From NCBI GenBank assembly GCA_028282905.1, contig JANQGW010000112.1, forward strand, positions 189 to 64,188: 64,000 nt of DNA, read 5' to 3'. The position numbers and the translations under genes were made by a program. Position 1 is the stretch's first letter, and each line of letters starts with the position of its first letter. Under the pieces are notes generated by a model, which made no database searches, was not told the origin of the DNA, and saw only the letters and a program-made list of their open reading frames with translations. This DNA comes from Sedimentisphaerales bacterium. GTDB taxonomy: Bacteria > Planctomycetota > Phycisphaerae > Sedimentisphaerales > Anaerohalosphaeraceae. This document shows, piece after piece, positions 18,194-27,893 of this stretch.

Positions 18194-19942
18194 TTGATAC
18201 CATTACGCAAGACAATCACTTGGCTGCAACCAGCACGCAGGTCAATCCCCCTGCTGGGGTGGGCGTGTATGCTGTTATCGGTCTGGGCCGCGGCGGCAAA
18301 TACGGTTCCGCTGGAACCAGCGGCGCTGGATTACACCGGCATTCGTGAGATAACTTCGGCCGACCCCAACCTGACCGGCGACGGTGTATTGATCGCCGCC
18401 ATCTGCCGGTCCATGACCTATCGTAATGAGATTCCGCTCAATGACTACCGGTTTAACATGGATCATGACGCTCTGTATCGGGGCGATGTGGCATTTGAAG
18501 ATAACTCGGACGGTCGGTTCGGCATCTCATCTCACGCAACCGCCATCGCGGGACTGTTGATCGGGCAAAAGGACAATGCCAAGCACCCGACACTTGGAAC
18601 ATTCAATTATCGCGGTATTTGCCCTGATGCGGCGGTCGATGTTTATGAGTTTCACCGGTTTGGATTGTACCTGTATGAAAAAAGGGCTTTTGAAGCTGAC
18701 ATCATCACATTGAGCCTCGGCGAGAAATATGAAGACTGGTGGACGCGGGCGTTGGATAATCTGGCGGCCCGTGATGATCGCATTCTTATTGCCAGTACCG
18801 GTAACGGGCAGAGTGATTATCATCTGCTGTACCCAGGTGCGGGCGCCAATGCCATCGGTGTCGGCGTCATTGACGCAGCGGTGGATGAAAACGGCAAACT
18901 GAGCCTGCAAGAATTTTCGGCACCTTCGGCTGATCATTCCAGCAGCGGCCCGACGGATAATAATCGCTGCAAGCCGGATATTGTCGCGCCGGGAACGGCT
19001 ATTGTGCCACTGCACAACAGCCCGGCGGATTATACGATTGAGAAAAACTGGTCATCACTGGCCGCTCCCATTGTCAGTGGAACTGCCGCCCTGCTGCTGC
19101 AAAAGGCGTATGCGGATCCGACTCTTTCAACCGACATTGACCGGCCGGGAAAAAATGCTCTTATCAAAGCAATATTGCTGAACTCCGCCGCCAAGCTGCC
19201 CTACTGGCACAAAGGAAATATCAGCAGTGACGATGATACCGCCGCGCCGCTGGATTATACGCAGGGCACCGGGGCATTGGATGCGGTTGCCGCCATGAAA
19301 CAGTTGACCGCCGGCCGCCAGCGGCCCGGTAAGGTCAATACAACCGGCTGGGATAATCGTGTATTGAACGCCGAAAAGGACCGCTTTGATTATATCATTG
19401 ATGCCGCCGAGCCGAATCAGATGCTGACGGCGACGCTGTGCTGGAACCGTGTCTATAAAAATGAATTTCCCTTCAAACATGACCTGAAAAAGGACACTGA
19501 CCTGCGGCTGGAGTTGTGGGGTGTCGATCCGAATGAGGCTGTTGAAGATACGCTGCTGGATGTCAGCGACAGTATCAATGATAATGTCGAGCATATCTAT
19601 TTCCGCTGCGGTGATAGTTTTGCGGCCTATCGTATCTGCGTGCGATTTAACGAACAGCAGGAACTCACGGATACCACACGCCAGCGGTTCGCAGTCGCCT
19701 TTCGAGTTACTGAAGATACCGCCACAGGAAATCGCTGGTGGCATGACCTCAACGGCGACAGTCGAGTCGATGGGATGGACCATCTCGCCCGGCAGTTAAT
19801 TGATTCGAAAATTGCCGGCCAAATCGCCCCGACCTTTTTACAGCAGGCCCTAAAACTTTCCGCTGAACGCCTCGCCCTGCTCCAAACCCACTGGGCCGAC
19901 TGGAAACCCTATTTAACCGACTTCAAAAAGACCTCTGAGTAA
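18194..19942 (+). CDS. Secreted subtilisin-like (S8) peptidase homologue with a C-terminal dockerin/EF-hand-like Ca-binding loop
   Basis: His motif SSHATAIAG, oxyanion region ASTGNGQ, Ser motif WSSLAAPIVSGTAALL, and C-terminal DLNGDSRVDGMD. The start is uncertain. TTG at 18194 (GGAG 5 nt upstream) gives a good signal peptide, MIPLRKTITW..LLSVWAAAAN. Confidence 0.75.
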   Translation: MIPLRKTITWLQPARRSIPLLGWACMLLSVWAAAANTVPLEPAALDYTGIREITSADPNLTGDGVLIAAICRSMTYRNEIPLNDYRFNMDHDALYRGDVAFEDNSDGRFGISSHATAIAGLLIGQKDNAKHPTLGTFNYRGICPDAAVDVYEFHRFGLYLYEKRAFEADIITLSLGEKYEDWWTRALDNLAARDDRILIASTGNGQSDYHLLYPGAGANAIGVGVIDAAVDENGKLSLQEFSAPSADHSSSGPTDNNRCKPDIVAPGTAIVPLHNSPADYTIEKNWSSLAAPIVSGTAALLLQKAYADPTLSTDIDRPGKNALIKAILLNSAAKLPYWHKGNISSDDDTAAPLDYTQGTGALDAVAAMKQLTAGRQRPGKVNTTGWDNRVLNAEKDRFDYIIDAAEPNQMLTATLCWNRVYKNEFPFKHDLKKDTDLRLELWGVDPNEAVEDTLLDVSDSINDNVEHIYFRCGDSFAAYRICVRFNEQQELTDTTRQRFAVAFRVTEDTATGNRWWHDLNGDSRVDGMDHLARQLIDSKIAGQIAPTFLQQALKLSAERLALLQTHWADWKPYLTDFKKTSE

Positions 19943-20062
19943 ATGCATCATTATTGATGCCGGATTTTCTTTCCCCATGTTCTTCATGGTAAAAAACAAC
20001 CCATGAAAATCTGCGTTAATCTGTGTCAAAAATGAAAACCGAAAGCCTCCCGCAACGCGCAT

Positions 20063-20090
20063 AAAAAAAGGCCCTGCCAAAGCAGCGCCT
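20063..20090 (-). terminator. Rho-independent terminator of the cold-shock gene
   Basis: The minus strand reads AGGCGCTGC-TTTG-GCAGGGCCT followed by T7, 25 nt after the stop. Confidence 0.7.
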
Positions 20091-20114
20091 TTCATGTTTA
20101 TGCCTGTCATTGAA

Positions 20115-20318
20115 TTAGGCAGGAACCACGTTGTTTGCACATGGGCCTTTTTTGCCTTCGCCGACTTCATAGGTCACCTTCTGGTTTTCGTCCAGAGTGG
20201 CATAGCCCTCTGTCTTGATTTCTGAATGATGGACGAACAGATCGCTGCCGCCGTCATCCGGAGTGATAAAACCAAAACCTTTAGTTGCGTTGAACCATTT
20301 TACTGTACCTGTACTCAC
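20115..20318 (-). CDS. Cold-shock protein (CspA family)
   Basis: [34 protein letters not shown] carries the RNP1/RNP2 motifs. About 390 nt of non-coding sequence lies upstream, consistent with a long csp leader. Confidence 0.95.
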   Translation of the reverse strand: MSTGTVKWFNATKGFGFITPDDGGSDLFVHHSEIKTEGYATLDENQKVTYEVGEGKKGPCANNVVPA

Positions 20319-20704
20319 TGTACTACTCCTTGGCCCGGTTATGGACCGTTTAACTATATCTCTCGTTTCATGGGAAGAATATTTCTGAGAGATGAAAAAA
20401 TAAACTTCTTATACTGGTCATTATTATCGGCCAAACGAGTAACAAATGCACCATAAAAATAAAATATTCTTCCTCGCCTGCCCCGCAAACCTTCACAACT
20501 CCCCCATAAACATCTTTTTTGGGATTATAATGCGGTTTTTTTCATGATCCCCAGACATTGTAATAATCGAAAAAATAACAACTTTTCCGCCGCACCGTCA
20601 CAAAGAATGTACTAATTTCAGATATTCAAAATATCACACCTGTTTGCGAGCTTAATAAATCCTGCGAATCATCCACACTTTGGCAAGACGACAAATGGCC
20701 GATG

Positions 20705-23041
20705 TCAATGCCAAGACGGGATGCCGATTGAGATAAGTTCAGCCGCAGGAGTTGATTGCTCGACTCGCACTAAGGGCATTCGCAGTTCAGGCGTCATGTG
20801 TGCCATCACAAGCTCATAGCGTTTTAAGTCTTTATTGTATTGAGTGATGATTTTTTGTTTACGATGCGCATAGACAAATCCCAATTCATTCTCCAGTGGT
20901 ATAATTTCAGAAGGCCCTTCTCGTTTTATCCATTTCCCATCCTGCTCCGGAGACAGATGAACAGAATAATACTTGCCCTTCTCTTTTCGGATTTCCATGC
21001 GATAATACGGAAACCATTGCGGCTGGTAGTAACCCAAAAAACCATCGTTTGTTTGCGGGGCCGGTGCCGTTGAATCCAGTATAGATGACGGCTTGTCAAT
21101 CCTTACCATCGGGCGCGGGCCGGTATTATGCGGAGCCTCTGACTCACTGGTGAAATTTTCGGACTGTGCATCGCGGATAATTATAAAGTAATTGCCATCC
21201 GGGCGACAACCGATGGTTGTTCCGATCATACTGGTCTGTAATGCCCATTCCAGACCGCCGGGACATTTTTTGAATGGAATCTCCATGCCTCGACAGACCG
21301 AATAGTAAGTATCCTTAATTTTGAATACCGGGATAATTGTTCCGGGATTGGCGTTTTTACGCTGCGGTTCCTGAATTCGAAAATACCCGGTTAGCGGATC
21401 ATCTTTCGCAGAGACACTTTTGGGGACGATTTTTCCGTCAAGCTCTTCGGGAAAGGTATAGTCCAGCAATTGCAGCTCATACGGTTCGCGATGCCGTAAA
21501 ATACACACGATGACACCACTGTCCAAAACCCAGTATTCGGTGATGTGGCCGGCCCGTTTTTTGAACCAGGTATCGGTCGAGGTAAGCTGCTTGAGGACAA
21601 GATGGTTCGCCTTAAACGTTCCTGCCGGAACTGTGATGACTTCTTTCCCGGCATGCGTGATCTGGATGGCGTAATCGGCAAGTGCTTCCCCTGAATTGTC
21701 CCAATCGTACACATGAAATTCTTTGGACTGGCCCGGTTCAAGATTCAAGCCTCGCAGAAAAATGTTGTCGGCACAATATGAGTCCGGTCGGGTATTTGGA
21801 TTGTAGTAAGCACCGCCGGGAACTGAAAGTTTCTTGTCATCGCAATCGGCCCGCACACCGCGACGGGTCAGCAGCACCTTTTCACCCTGCAGCTCAAGAT
21901 TGATGTTGTATGCCCCATCCTTTCCGGTTTGATAGCTTTTCAGCCGACCGCTGGTGTCACCGGAGGCAAGGTCATAGCTGCCCATCCACAGTAAACGAGC
22001 CAATGCTGTGAGGTTCCCGCCTTCACCCTGTTTTATCCAAAGTTCGCCGGGGGTATCAATGTCACGGTTCCGGCTTCGATGGCGATAGCGGCCGTGGAAA
22101 ATCAGCTTTCCCGGCAAGTTTTCCGCCTTGAACGCGGGATTCTTGATATCTTCTAAGCTGGTAGCGGAATGCTTTGGGCGAGATAATGATTTGAATTCCA
22201 GGTGCCCGTGGTTTTGATTGCTTGTGCTGTCATGGGCAATATCACCCTGACCCTCATCGAATTTCCAATACGCCGCCAATCCAGCAGAATCTGCAGCGAC
22301 CGATTGATTCATGTTTGCCTCGATCTGTTGTTCGGTCCGGGCGACATTCCAGATGCGTACCTCGTCAATCATCCCCTTGAAATATTCATTGCCGAATATG
22401 CCATACCCGATATACAAATCAATCGGTGAATGCCTCAAATCTCCCGGTCTGTGAGTTTGCTTATCAATTAATCTGCCATCCACATAGAAAGCGACATACT
22501 CTTTCGCATAGACTCCTGCAAAATGATGCCATGTGCCTGTTCGCTCAGTATGCAAAACATTGTCCGCGGCGCGAATCGTCCTTGGGCCATTGGTGACACC
22601 GTCAAAACGAATCTGCATTCGCCTGTCACCCTGGTCAGCAGCAAGAAGATAGCCAGGCTTCAAACCGCCGGCCTTTCTCAGCAAGCGGCTGCAATACTTT
22701 TGCGGCCCGTCGATCCATGCCCACAATTCGATAGTCATTTCCGTTTTCGGTTCCAGGGACGGATGATTAGGAACTCGAACAAAGTTACTGACGCCATCAA
22801 ACTCCAACGCATAGCCGCTGGGGCCTTGCTCATCGTCAACAGATATCCATTGCGGCTGGTTGCCTGAAGCTTTATCGACATCAACCTCAGCCATCAATTG
22901 AGCTGCTGTAAGAAAGGTCGATAGCAACAGCCCAATCACCACGAGGCTCAACGTACGCGTCACTTTCCAGATTTCAATTTGAACATTCATGGACTTTCTC
23001 CTTTTTGTCAATGCTCCACGTTTATTCATGACCTCTTTCAT
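20705..23041 (-). CDS. Secreted LamG/concanavalin-A-like lectin-domain protein with a large uncharacterised C-terminal region
   Basis: N-terminal anchor/signal. The segment FDGVSNFVRVPNHPSLEPKTEMTIELWAW...DEVRIWNVART is the typical LamG (Laminin_G_3) pattern. It lies 56 nt downstream of the blaR1-like gene on the same strand. Confidence 0.7.
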   Translation of the reverse strand: MKEVMNKRGALTKRRKSMNVQIEIWKVTRTLSLVVIGLLLSTFLTAAQLMAEVDVDKASGNQPQWISVDDEQGPSGYALEFDGVSNFVRVPNHPSLEPKTEMTIELWAWIDGPQKYCSRLLRKAGGLKPGYLLAADQGDRRMQIRFDGVTNGPRTIRAADNVLHTERTGTWHHFAGVYAKEYVAFYVDGRLIDKQTHRPGDLRHSPIDLYIGYGIFGNEYFKGMIDEVRIWNVARTEQQIEANMNQSVAADSAGLAAYWKFDEGQGDIAHDSTSNQNHGHLEFKSLSRPKHSATSLEDIKNPAFKAENLPGKLIFHGRYRHRSRNRDIDTPGELWIKQGEGGNLTALARLLWMGSYDLASGDTSGRLKSYQTGKDGAYNINLELQGEKVLLTRRGVRADCDDKKLSVPGGAYYNPNTRPDSYCADNIFLRGLNLEPGQSKEFHVYDWDNSGEALADYAIQITHAGKEVITVPAGTFKANHLVLKQLTSTDTWFKKRAGHITEYWVLDSGVIVCILRHREPYELQLLDYTFPEELDGKIVPKSVSAKDDPLTGYFRIQEPQRKNANPGTIIPVFKIKDTYYSVCRGMEIPFKKCPGGLEWALQTSMIGTTIGCRPDGNYFIIIRDAQSENFTSESEAPHNTGPRPMVRIDKPSSILDSTAPAPQTNDGFLGYYQPQWFPYYRMEIRKEKGKYYSVHLSPEQDGKWIKREGPSEIIPLENELGFVYAHRKQKIITQYNKDLKRYELVMAHMTPELRMPLVRVEQSTPAAELISIGIPSWH

Positions 23042-23097
23042 AGAAAATGCCGGCTGTCAAGTATACTTCTTCTATTCCTGACAGCCGGCAAAAACAT

Positions 23098-25863
23098 TTA
23101 TCGTCGAGCTTTATAGTCCTGCCAGAGGTCGAAAATGACTTTCGGGTCGCTCAGCCCCATACCTTCCAGATCCGGGGCGGTCAGTTTGAAATTGCCGTTA
23201 CCCGGCTCGACAAATTCCGGTTCGACAATCACCGCGTCGGGGCTGTCACAGTTTTCCAGATCGGCTTGATTTTTCCAAAAGACGTTTTTACCAAATTTCG
23301 ATCGGATAGGGTCGGACTTGCCTTCTTCCTGATGGATGATAATGCCGCGAGGATTGGAACTGATGACATTATTACTTACGGCCAGCATCGAATACGGTCG
23401 GGCGGCAATGGCCGCGTAGGTCGATTTCAGAATCACATTGTTTTCGACTTTAAACTTACAGGCCGATATGCCGTCGATCCCGCTGGCGTTGCCAATCAAC
23501 AGATTGTTAGTAATCGTGCCGGAACCGGATTTGTTGCCCAGATAGACACCGCGATTGCGATTGTTGATAATCAGATTATCTTTCATCGTCAGCTTCCCGC
23601 CGGTGGTACGAACGGCATGATATTTTGAGCCGGTTATCACGTTTCGCTCAACGGTGGCCTCGGCGCCGTTGTAAAGAATCACACCCTGATGGCCGCAGTC
23701 ACGGATGAAACAATCGAACATTCGCCCCTGAGTGCCCTCACCATAGCAAACGACATAATCAAAGCCGGTGAAATCACAGTCAATCACATCCATTTTGGAA
23801 AAACCCATGGAGCGGATCGCGACCGGGCTGCGCTGCGGATTGCCAAGCGGACGAAACTTACAATCGGTAATAGTTGCTTCAGTATCCTTGACCGCAACCG
23901 CAAAAGGCATTTCATGCCGGTCGCTGGTCGCAAGCTGCCAGTTGATGTAAAGTCCGGAAACTATCACCTTGCCTTTACCGGCAGTGTCAATCATAATCGC
24001 CGGCTCATTAGCGGTGATATTAAAGATAACATCGCCGTGATCCATACAAACCAAATTCATGGGCTTGGTGATCTTTATCGGCTTATCATATGTCCCGGCC
24101 GGCACCGTCAACGTCTTGCCCGGCTTGGTCGCATTGATCATCGCCTGCAAATCGGAGCTGTCCGCCGATGCTGCCATCATGCCCGGTGCCCCTGCCCCCG
24201 GTGCTTCCATTCCCGGCATCATTCCATCCGGGGCACCCGTATCGCTGGACGGACGAATGACCGGACGAATCATCCAGTCGCCGGTATCAAATTCCTCAAA
24301 TCCCTGTCCCGGCAGGCCGGTGTAGGAATTGCCGGAAGCTTCGGCGTCATAATGCACATACACACCCTTTCTCTGCTCAGCGTTAAAACCAAAGCACAGG
24401 TAAAACTGGTCGGGAAGCTGCGTGGTTTTGACACGCATTTTAACCCACTTGGGATTACCGCGTTTGAATGTCCCGTACGGCAATTCAAAGTCCGCAATCA
24501 CTTCCTGGTTGACGTCACACAGCCAGACATGAAATTTTTCTTTTGGCGGCTGGGGATATCCGTAACGTGAGCCGTACAGCATCACCGCCACTATCTCGGA
24601 TTTTTGCTCCGGCTCAAAATAGACCGCGTGCCCGCTGCCGGCAATGCTCTTTTTACCCGCTGACTTACCGTCATCATGGCCAATCGGCGCGGGTCTGGCA
24701 GCCGCCGTTAAAGTCGTTTCCACAATCGGCTCAACGACTTTTTCCACACTTGGTCTGGCGACTGACCTTGCGGACGTAAACGTCGTTGCCGCCAAAATCG
24801 CAATCACAACGAGGATCGGAATGGTCGAGGCCTTCTGGTTTTTGAATTTTGCGATCATGCTCATTCTCCTTTTCAATAGTGATTGATTTTCTGCGATTCC
24901 CGCCATTGCAGGGACGGTTCGCTGCCCAGCAAACCGCTGCAAAAATGCCAGGATCGTCGCTCCATACGCTTTAGGTTCATGCTCTTTTAACGTTGAAAGT
25001 GCCAGTTCGTCGCAGGCCAACTCGCGGTCTGCGTTGATGCGGCTCATCGCGAACCAGACCGCGGGATTGAACCAGTGCAATACCTGCACGACCGCCATCA
25101 GCCAGCCAATCAGGATGTCATGACGTTTGAGATGGGCCAGTTCGTGCAGAAAAACATAGCGAAGCTGATCCGGGGTCATCTCGTTCAGAATGCCGGTCGG
25201 CAGCAGTAAACGCGGCCGCAGGTAGCCGAACAGACACGGTGTTTTGACTTCGTCAGTTTCCACCACACCAACAACCGTTTGCAGGTCCAACTGGCCCTTA
25301 CAGTCCTCCAGCAATTCCAGAATATCCTGTCGCGTCACCAGACGTCGACGCTTGATAATTCGCCACAACCGAAAGTTATTAGCTAATACCCACACGCTCA
25401 GCAGGCCCGCCCCGCCAAGCCACAGGCCGCTAAGCAGCTTTGGCCAGTCCATTGTCGCCACAGCCGGTGATGCCAATTCGACTGAATCAACCGCCGCCGT
25501 AGTGGTTTCCGGCCCGGTTGTTTCAGCCGATGCTGCCGGAGGAAGTGCATCTGTCGTATCAGTAGATGCGGCGACATTAGCATTGGCATTATGCTCCTCT
25601 GCCGTCTGCGGCGATGATAAATACTGTTCCGGCGTGACCTGCCGCGGAATCAGGTTAAAAACACTGAAAGCCGTCTGCACATTCAGCGGCCAGATTAGTC
25701 GTACCAGCAGCACCAGCCACAGCCAATACACCATCCGGCAGCGTAATTTCCCTTTGACCACTATCCGCACCAGCAGAATCATCGCCAACAAAATTGTCCC
25801 GTAAAATGAACTTCGGGCAAGCCATAAAAAGACTTCCTGAAGTGATTGCGGTATCGAAAACAT
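23098..25863 (-). CDS. BlaR1/MecR1-type M56 peptidase sensor fused to a large extracytoplasmic right-handed beta-helix domain
   Basis: N-terminal polytopic M56 domain with the zinc motif HELAHLKRHD. After a further TM there is a roughly 550-aa ectodomain with a Met/Pro/Gly linker and repeated beta-helix-type units (NNVITGS, NNLIINN, NNLLIGN, NNVILKS, NNVISSN). Confidence 0.85.
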   Translation of the reverse strand: MFSIPQSLQEVFLWLARSSFYGTILLAMILLVRIVVKGKLRCRMVYWLWLVLLVRLIWPLNVQTAFSVFNLIPRQVTPEQYLSSPQTAEEHNANANVAASTDTTDALPPAASAETTGPETTTAAVDSVELASPAVATMDWPKLLSGLWLGGAGLLSVWVLANNFRLWRIIKRRRLVTRQDILELLEDCKGQLDLQTVVGVVETDEVKTPCLFGYLRPRLLLPTGILNEMTPDQLRYVFLHELAHLKRHDILIGWLMAVVQVLHWFNPAVWFAMSRINADRELACDELALSTLKEHEPKAYGATILAFLQRFAGQRTVPAMAGIAENQSLLKRRMSMIAKFKNQKASTIPILVVIAILAATTFTSARSVARPSVEKVVEPIVETTLTAAARPAPIGHDDGKSAGKKSIAGSGHAVYFEPEQKSEIVAVMLYGSRYGYPQPPKEKFHVWLCDVNQEVIADFELPYGTFKRGNPKWVKMRVKTTQLPDQFYLCFGFNAEQRKGVYVHYDAEASGNSYTGLPGQGFEEFDTGDWMIRPVIRPSSDTGAPDGMMPGMEAPGAGAPGMMAASADSSDLQAMINATKPGKTLTVPAGTYDKPIKITKPMNLVCMDHGDVIFNITANEPAIMIDTAGKGKVIVSGLYINWQLATSDRHEMPFAVAVKDTEATITDCKFRPLGNPQRSPVAIRSMGFSKMDVIDCDFTGFDYVVCYGEGTQGRMFDCFIRDCGHQGVILYNGAEATVERNVITGSKYHAVRTTGGKLTMKDNLIINNRNRGVYLGNKSGSGTITNNLLIGNASGIDGISACKFKVENNVILKSTYAAIAARPYSMLAVSNNVISSNPRGIIIHQEEGKSDPIRSKFGKNVFWKNQADLENCDSPDAVIVEPEFVEPGNGNFKLTAPDLEGMGLSDPKVIFDLWQDYKARR

Positions 25864-25883
25864 TGATTGTGCTCCTTTCTATT

Positions 25884-26258
25884 CTATGAGCCTTCCTTTT
25901 GATTGAGAATGTCCTTGAGTTCTTCGATCTCTTTTTCTGAAAGCTTTTGGTCCTGCAGAAAAGCCGCCAACATGGGCTTAAGCGCCGCCGCTCCGGCACG
26001 CTCCAACAGCGACTGCGTTTCCTGCCGGACGCACTCATGCTCAGCCACCAGGGGGAAATAGCGATGCTGCCTGCCATCTTTTTCAAAATCGAGCGCGCCC
26101 TTTTTGTGCAGGCGTCCAATCAGCGTGCGAATGGTCTTGGGATTCCAGCCGGAATCGTCCAGCACCTCAACTACTTCATTGGCGGTCCGCGGCGACTTAT
26201 GCCAGAAAACCTTCATGACAGCCCACTCAGCTTCCGTAATGTTCGGCATGGTACTCAT
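25884..26258 (-). CDS. BlaI/MecI/CopY-family transcriptional repressor
   Basis: MSTMPNITEAEWAVMKVFW...TIRTLIGRLHKKGAL is the winged-helix penicillinase-repressor pattern. The ATG at 26258 has GAGGAG upstream, so the track's N-terminal extension to 26336 is rejected. Confidence 0.9.
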   Translation of the reverse strand: MSTMPNITEAEWAVMKVFWHKSPRTANEVVEVLDDSGWNPKTIRTLIGRLHKKGALDFEKDGRQHRYFPLVAEHECVRQETQSLLERAGAAALKPMLAAFLQDQKLSEKEIEELKDILNQKEGS

Positions 26259-26274
26259 AATGACTCCTCTTAAT

Positions 26275-26312
26275 ATTACATCTGTAATATTTCTAATTAT
26301 TACAGCTGTAAT
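26275..26312. promoter_or_regulatory. Twin BlaI-type operator dyads upstream of the blaI-blaR1 operon
   Basis: ATTACATCTGTAAT (26275-26288) and ATTACAGCTGTAAT (26299-26312), each a perfect TACA-N2-TGTA palindrome, lie 17-54 nt upstream of the blaI start. TACA/TGTA dyads are the established BlaI/MecI recognition motif. Confidence 0.7.
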
Positions 26313-26594
26313 CCATAAGTCAACAAGAAAATCCAAACAAAACTTAAATACGCATATCTCATTTCAAATAAAAGACTTAACAACACATTAATTTTAATTT
26401 AAGAATTATTTCGTCTTAAAAAAGCATTTTAATCCATTTGCAACTGCTTTAAACTCAATCAACCATTCAATGGATGACTACAAAATGCAACCACATTTAT
26501 CACAGTGAAATATCCATTTTACAATCAGTAACACTTCGGCTACAATTAGCACAAATTACTTAGATAAAAGTGTTTTGCTTAAGGAGATTTCTTA

Positions 26595-27893
26595 GTGGAG
26601 CGTTCAATGTTAATAGCCAAGCCAGTTATATTATTCCTTTTGTCATGCCTTGTTTTGGTAATTGGATGCAATAACGACGATGGCAATGAAATTTACTATT
26701 CAGTTATCATCGAAAATGAAACAGAGTCTGTCTTGCATGAACTCACCTTGCATGATTGGCCGGGAGTTTCAGGAACGTTTGGCAGAAACAGTGGAATTAC
26801 AAATCCTGTTCCAGACATAATAAGGATTACTTGGAAATCAGCAATTCAGGGTAAAGAAACAGAAGCCGAGGAGTACTTAAAAAAAATTACGCAAGATTTC
26901 AACAAACCTCTAAACAGGACATCAGATAATAGTAGAGGATTCTTAGCATTTGATGAAAGAGAAATATTCCCCACTGATCTATTTAAAACCCACGAGGCAA
27001 CTCTAGTTCTAAAGGATAAAATTCCTCAAAAACCATGTGGTGACATCACAATCTCGTATATTGGTAACGAAGATTTTGAATTAGAATTTCAAAAAGATAA
27101 TCGCGGTGCTACAAACTCTGACATGAAAGATGGAAATGTCACCATTAAAGACGGCATATTAGATCTAAGTTTCTCAAAGATTACTGACAAAGGATTGGAT
27201 AGCTTTAAAAACACTGAACAAGTTAAGATATTAAATCTTACAGGAACTACTATTTCTGACCCAGGGCTTAAACACCTTTCTTCATATCCAAATCTTAAAG
27301 CAGCAGACTTAAAATATTTGCAGATATCAGGAAAAGGATTTGAAAATTTCAAGTCAGATAAGTTAGAATACTTGAACTTAGAGCAAAGCACCATAGAAAA
27401 TCAATACTTGGATAATTTATCAAATTATAGAAACCTTGAAATCCTAATATTGATCAGAACAGACATCTCTGATATTTCAGGAATCTCAAATCTCAAATCA
27501 CTTCAGATTCTGAATTTGGCTGCGTGCCCAATCTCTGATGATGGCTTAAAAAATATAGGACAGTTGAAAAACTTAGAACAACTTACACTTGTTCAAAACA
27601 ATATTTCTGATAGCGGAATAAAGTACTTAACAGAACTTGAAAATTTAAAATCACTCCGTTTGGGAGCAAATAATATTACAGACTCTGCTGTACAAAAACT
27701 CTCAATAATGCCAAGTTTGCTTTACCTTGAACTGTCCGGTACAAACATTACTGACAAAGCCGTAGAATATCTCTTAAAATTTCCAAAATTAGAATCGGTC
27801 AATTTACGTTCAACAACATTGTCTGTTGAAAGCCTGAAGAAATTAAAGCAGCAACGCCCCAATTTGAAAATACTTTCATGGGAGGAAATTTAA
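26595..27893 (+). CDS. Leucine-rich-repeat (LRR) lipoprotein
   Basis: Lipobox LVIGC. The C-terminal half holds about 10 tandem 24-aa LRR units (LxxLxLxxTxISDxGLKxLxx). A GTG start at 26595 sits 8 nt after AAGGAG. The gene is markedly AT-rich compared with its neighbours. Confidence 0.85.
   Translation: MERSMLIAKPVILFLLSCLVLVIGCNNDDGNEIYYSVIIENETESVLHELTLHDWPGVSGTFGRNSGITNPVPDIIRITWKSAIQGKETEAEEYLKKITQDFNKPLNRTSDNSRGFLAFDEREIFPTDLFKTHEATLVLKDKIPQKPCGDITISYIGNEDFELEFQKDNRGATNSDMKDGNVTIKDGILDLSFSKITDKGLDSFKNTEQVKILNLTGTTISDPGLKHLSSYPNLKAADLKYLQISGKGFENFKSDKLEYLNLEQSTIENQYLDNLSNYRNLEILILIRTDISDISGISNLKSLQILNLAACPISDDGLKNIGQLKNLEQLTLVQNNISDSGIKYLTELENLKSLRLGANNITDSAVQKLSIMPSLLYLELSGTNITDKAVEYLLKFPKLESVNLRSTTLSVESLKKLKQQRPNLKILSWEEI

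Noticed and set aside
25884-26336. N-terminal extensions proposed by the ORF track (blaI to 26336, PEP-CTERM to 54747, ndk to 11974, OmpA-like to 11083, aminotransferase to 57160, DUF4956 to 40434, Gfo fusion to 44234, S8 to 18164)
   Set aside because: In each case an internal start has a proper SD and/or yields a canonical N-terminus or signal peptide. The extension would overlap the upstream gene, an operator, a hairpin or the predicted promoter.
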